From positions 38,409-102,408 of the forward strand of contig CAVPRT010000008.1 in NCBI GenBank assembly GCA_963707925.1: a stretch of DNA of 64,000 nucleotides. Reading direction: 5' to 3'. The position numbers were made by a program, and so were the translations under genes. Of this stretch, positions 60,780 to 64,000 are shown piece after piece; the first letter of the stretch is position 1; each line of letters opens with the position of its first letter. Origin of the DNA: an uncultured Acidimicrobiales bacterium. GTDB taxonomy: Bacteria; Actinomycetota; Acidimicrobiia; Acidimicrobiales; Ilumatobacteraceae. Under the pieces are notes generated by a model. It ran no database searches, was not told the origin of the DNA, and saw nothing but the letters and a program-made list of their open reading frames with translations.

Positions 60780-60808
60780 AATATATACCCCCCGGGGTAT
60801 ATTCGCAA
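60780..60808 (-). promoter_or_regulatory. Candidate promoter of the MMPL-regulator operon with an embedded CsoR-family-type palindromic operator
   Basis: The minus strand reads TTGCGA (60808-60803), a 17-nt spacer, then TATATT (60785-60780). The spacer is almost entirely the perfect inverted repeat ATATACCCC-CC-GGGGTATAT (60783-60802). A further GGGGTAT half-site lies at 60769-60775. Confidence 0.6.
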
Positions 60809-60821
60809 CTCCGACAGACCG

Positions 60822-62246
60822 TCAGGACAAAAGGGTTTTCTGCACCTTCCCCATCGCGTTCCGAGGAAGTTCGGCCACCACCCTCACCTCGCGTGGCCTC
60901 TTGTGAATGGAAAGGGTGCGAGCAACGTGGTCGATGAGCACCTGCGGATCGACCCCCTCACCCACGACGAAAGCCACGATCCGCTGGCCCAGGTCGTCGT
61001 CGGGCATCCCGACGACGGCCGCCTCGCTGACCGACGGGTGACCGAGCAGAGCGGTCTCCACCTCCCCGGCGCCGACCTTGAAGCCGCCGGTCTTGATGAT
61101 GTCCATCGACAACCTGCCCACGATGCGGTGGAAGCCGCCCCGGTCGATCATCACCGCGTCGCCTGTGCGGAACCACTCACCGTCGAATGCGGCTGCCGTG
61201 GCGTCGGGCCGGTGCAGGTAGCCCTCGAAGAGGGTCGGGCCTGCCACCTGCAACTCCCCTATCGTCTCGCCGTCGTGAGCCACCTCGGCCCCGTCGTCGG
61301 CAACGAGGCGGGTGCGCACCCCCTCGATGGGTAACCCCACCCATCCCGGTCGGCGCTCTCCGTCGAACCGTGTGCTGAGCGTTATCAGCGTCTCGGTCAT
61401 CCCGTAGCGCTCCACCGGCGCATGACCTGTCAGGTGCTTCAGCTGGTCGAACACCGGCACTGGCAAGGGTGCGCTTCCCGACACCAGCAGCCGGGCAGAG
61501 CCCAGGGCTCGGGCCGCCTGGGGCATGGCGCAGACCCGACCCCACACCGTCGGCACCCCGAAGTAGAGCGATCCCCCCGCTGCGGCATAGGCCTCGGGTG
61601 TCGGCCGCCCTGTATGGACCAGGCGGCTTCCCACCCTCAGTGCACCGAGCACACCGAGCACCAGGCCATGCACGTGGAACAGGGGCAGGCCGTGGACCAG
61701 GGTGTCGTCGGGGGTCCACCCCCAGGCCACAGCCAACCCGTCGAGACTGGCACCCAGCGCCCGCCTGGAAAGGACCACACCCTTGGGCGCGCCCGTGGTG
61801 CCGGAGGTGTACATCACCAGGGCCGGGGCATCGGGTGGCGGCTCGGGGCGGGACTCAGCCGGAGACCAGCGCACAGCCACCGAAGGCAAATCCATCTCTG
61901 GCCAGTCGACCTCACCGATCACCGCAACGGCACCCGAATCGCGAACGATGTGGCTGCGCTCGGCCGGCCCGGCATCGGGTGGAATCGGTACCACTGGCAC
62001 ACCCGCCGCCAGCCCAGCGGCCACAGCAACCACGGTGTGCAGGGTGGGGAGGGCATCCACGGCAACGGCCGGCATACCCACGAGATCTGCCGCCGTTGCC
62101 CACGCGGCACCTGCCAGGGCGGCCCACGAGCATCGCTCGCCGGCGACGATCACGGCGTCGACGCCGTCACCGAAACGACCGCCGAGGCTCGGCAACAGCT
62201 CCGGACCGGCGATGCCTGCGACGTCATGATGACGCGGAGGGACCAT
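60822..62246 (-). CDS. AMP-binding acyl-CoA synthetase (malonyl/medium-chain-type)
   Basis: Intact 474-aa ORF with [28 protein letters not shown] and the terminal ...[10 protein letters not shown] lysine motif. Confidence 0.85.
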   Translation of the reverse strand: MVPPRHHDVAGIAGPELLPSLGGRFGDGVDAVIVAGERCSWAALAGAAWATAADLVGMPAVAVDALPTLHTVVAVAAGLAAGVPVVPIPPDAGPAERSHIVRDSGAVAVIGEVDWPEMDLPSVAVRWSPAESRPEPPPDAPALVMYTSGTTGAPKGVVLSRRALGASLDGLAVAWGWTPDDTLVHGLPLFHVHGLVLGVLGALRVGSRLVHTGRPTPEAYAAAGGSLYFGVPTVWGRVCAMPQAARALGSARLLVSGSAPLPVPVFDQLKHLTGHAPVERYGMTETLITLSTRFDGERRPGWVGLPIEGVRTRLVADDGAEVAHDGETIGELQVAGPTLFEGYLHRPDATAAAFDGEWFRTGDAVMIDRGGFHRIVGRLSMDIIKTGGFKVGAGEVETALLGHPSVSEAAVVGMPDDDLGQRIVAFVVGEGVDPQVLIDHVARTLSIHKRPREVRVVAELPRNAMGKVQKTLLS

Positions 62247-62247
62247 G

Positions 62248-63445
62248 TCAGTCGACCCACCGCACGTCCGCCATCACCGGAAAGGTGTGACCGGCTTCGA
62301 CGACACCGGCGATCAGGGGTACACCAGGGCGATAGACGAGGTAGGTGTACGAGGGTGCGTCGAGCAACACCAGATCGGCGCGGCACCCCGGCCGGATGCG
62401 ACCGATGTCGTCGCGGCGCAGGGCGAGAGCGCCCCCAATGGTGGCGGCCGCCACGGCCTCGTCGGGCGTCATCCTCATGTCGCGCACCGCAAGCGCGATG
62501 CAGAACGACATCGACGTCGTGTAGCCGCTGCCCGGATTGCAGTTGGTCGCGAGTCGCAACCGTTGCGCCGGCGTCGATCACCCTTCGCGCATCGGGGTAG
62601 GGCTGGCGGGTGCTGAAGTCGGTCGCCGGCAAGAAGGTGGCGACCGTGTCGCTGCCGGCCAGCGCCATCACATCGGCGTCGCTGAGATAGGTGCAGTGGT
62701 CGGCCGATGCGCACCCCTCTTCGACAGCGAGCTGTACGCCCGGCCCGGGACCGAGCTGGTTGGCATGGAGGCGCAGGCCCAGCCCGGCGGCCCGGCCGGC
62801 GGCGAGCACCGCCCGGCACTGGTCGGCGTCGAAGGCGCCCACCTCGCAGAAGGCGTCGATCCAGCGGGCGTGAGGCGCGGCCGAGTCGAGCATCGCGCTG
62901 CACACGAGGTGCACATAGTCGTCGGTGCGCCCCTCGTACTCGGGCGGAACCACATGGGCACCGAGGAAGGTGGTCTCGGTGGTGAACCGTTCGGCAACCT
63001 GCAGGCACCTCACCTCGTGGCGAGCGTCCAGTCCGTAGCCCGACTTGATCTCCACTGTGGTGATGCCCGCGCGGCGAGCCTCCTCGCGTCGTGCTGCGGT
63101 GAGCCTGGCGAGCTCGTCGTCGCCCGCCCGACGGGTTGCGTCGACCGACACGAGGATGCCACCGGCCTCGTAGGGTGTGCCGGCCATACGGGCGGCGAAC
63201 TCGTCACTGCGGTCGCCGGCGAAAACGAGGTGGGTGTGGCTGTCCACGAAGCCGGGGATCACGCAACGTCCTCCGGCGTCGATGCACCTGTCGGCAACCT
63301 GTCCCGCCGGGCCGACCGAGATGATCCGGTCGCCGGCCATCACCACCGATGCGTCTCTCACCAGACCCAGCGGACCCTCCCCAAGGGATGGTTCGTTGGT
63401 GACCAGCAGGCCGATGTGGTCGATGACAGTGGTGAGCGCACTCAT
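62248..63445 (-). CDS. hutI: Imidazolonepropionase HutI; 1 frameshift as sequenced
   Basis: [15 protein letters not shown]...[10 protein letters not shown]...LRLHANQL...ADHCTYL... breaks near 62555-62575. It continues [21 protein letters not shown]...DLVLLD. Confidence 0.85.
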
Positions 63446-64000
63446 GTGGCGTCCATCAGGTCGCCGATCGCCGCGGCCAGTTCGGCGGAGACGTCGATGG
63501 ACCTATGCCGCCCGCCGGCCACGACCACCTCGCCACCGACTACCACATGGTGCACGTCGGCTGCGTTGGCAGCGAAGACGACGGTTTCGAGCACGGTGGC
63601 AGGCGAATAGCCGGCGGTGCGCACCGAGTCGAGGCGAACGCTCACCAGATCGGCGGGGGCACCGGGCCGCAGCAGACCCCCACCGGTCCAGCCGAGCGAG
63701 TCGTAGCCGTGAGATGTCGCGGCACGGAGCAGGGAGGGAGCATCGTGGCTGCCGCGCACCAGCGAGGCGAGACGTTCGTCGAGCTCGACGGCGCGGGCCT
63801 CTTCGAAGATGTCGATGACGGCGTGCGAGTCGGTGCCGAGCGCCAGCATGGCTCCGGCGTCGCGCAGCGCACGCGCCGGTCCGATGCCGTCGGCGAGGTC
63901 GCGTTCGGTCGTCGGACAGATGCAGACCGTGGAGCCGCTACGACCCAACAGCCCGATGTCGTCCGTCGGTGGCGTGGGTGGCGTGCACACCGGTGAACCG
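63442..64000 (-). CDS. hutF: Formimidoylglutamate deiminase (HutF-like amidohydrolase), C-terminal part (5' end outside window); 1 frameshift near 63955-63965
   Basis: ...[10 protein letters not shown] is read in one frame at the window edge. The frame then shifts to [48 protein letters not shown].... The stop overlaps the hutI start (ATGA at 63442-63445). Confidence 0.7.
   Translation of the reverse strand, partial: GSPVCTPPTPPTDDIGLLGRSGSTVCICPTTERDLADGIGPARALRDAGAMLALGTDSHAVIDIFEEARAVELDERLASLVRGSHDAPSLLRAATSHGYDSLGWTGGGLLRPGAPADLVSVRLDSVRTAGYSPATVLETVVFAANAADVHHVVVGGEVVVAGGRHRSIDVSAELAAAIGDLMDAT

Noticed and set aside
1-64000. Search for tRNA, rRNA or tmRNA genes, transposases, integrases, toxin-antitoxin pairs and defence systems.
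   Set aside because: No GGTTCGAATCC-type T-arm or cloverleaf candidates appear in any intergenic gap, and no rRNA-like conserved stretches were seen. No ORF shows DDE, tyrosine-recombinase or serine-recombinase motifs. The only nuclease-like genes are a conserved small HNH protein and an HNH remnant. A covariance-model scan (tRNAscan-SE, Infernal) would be needed to exclude small RNAs formally.

Overview
This window is high-GC (roughly 65-70% by eye) chromosomal core sequence of actinobacterial type. I cannot assign a class from sequence alone; Bpa, PAC2, F420-type LLM oxidoreductases and a translational ileS T-box all fit Actinomycetota.

Gene content:
- The minus strand carries one long housekeeping block: dnaE, bpa, rluD-lspA, a DksA-like/H1-like gene, DUF167, ileS (with T-box leader), then a complete division/cell-wall (dcw) cluster. 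The dcw order is divIVA-sepF-yggS-ftsZ-ftsQ-murB-murC-murG-ftsW-murD-mraY-murE-ftsI-ftsL-rsmH-mraZ.
- Beyond the dcw cluster come metabolic and repair genes: an LplA-like ligase, an HNH nuclease, an acyl-CoA dehydrogenase, a ROK kinase, the MoxR-DUF58-transglutaminase triad, DUF3040, a NUDIX-dinB pair, thioredoxin-TPR, an SGNH lipoprotein, an APH-like kinase and PAC2.
- These are followed by two tandem LLM oxidoreductases, a UvrD-like/HRDC helicase, an HDAC-like amidohydrolase, a PRTase, FadD-like ligases, leuS, a CsoR-family regulator plus MMPL transporter pair, and hutI/hutF.
- I recognised no rRNA, tRNA, CRISPR array, transposase or integrase.

Main observations:
1. About 40 single-nucleotide frame disruptions are present, many in indispensable genes (dnaE, ileS, leuS, ftsW, murG, murC). 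I read this as consensus sequence error rather than pseudogenisation.
2. A two-Cys (CstR-like) CsoR-family regulator is co-transcribed with an MMPL transporter. A perfect 9-2-9 palindrome sits in that promoter's spacer.
3. A 79-bp element with a 21-bp hairpin stem occurs twice, exactly 10,300 bp apart.
4. GAAC-N4-GTTC (LexA-type) boxes lie in front of NUDIX-dinB, in front of the helicase, and at a decayed HNH locus.
5. A four-repeat MraZ operator overlaps the mraZ promoter.
6. A cysteine-free DksA-like protein carries a PAKKAA-repeat tail.
7. murF is missing from its usual dcw position.

No clearly novel multi-gene system such as a defence island is evident. The regulator-MMPL pair is the best candidate for new biology.
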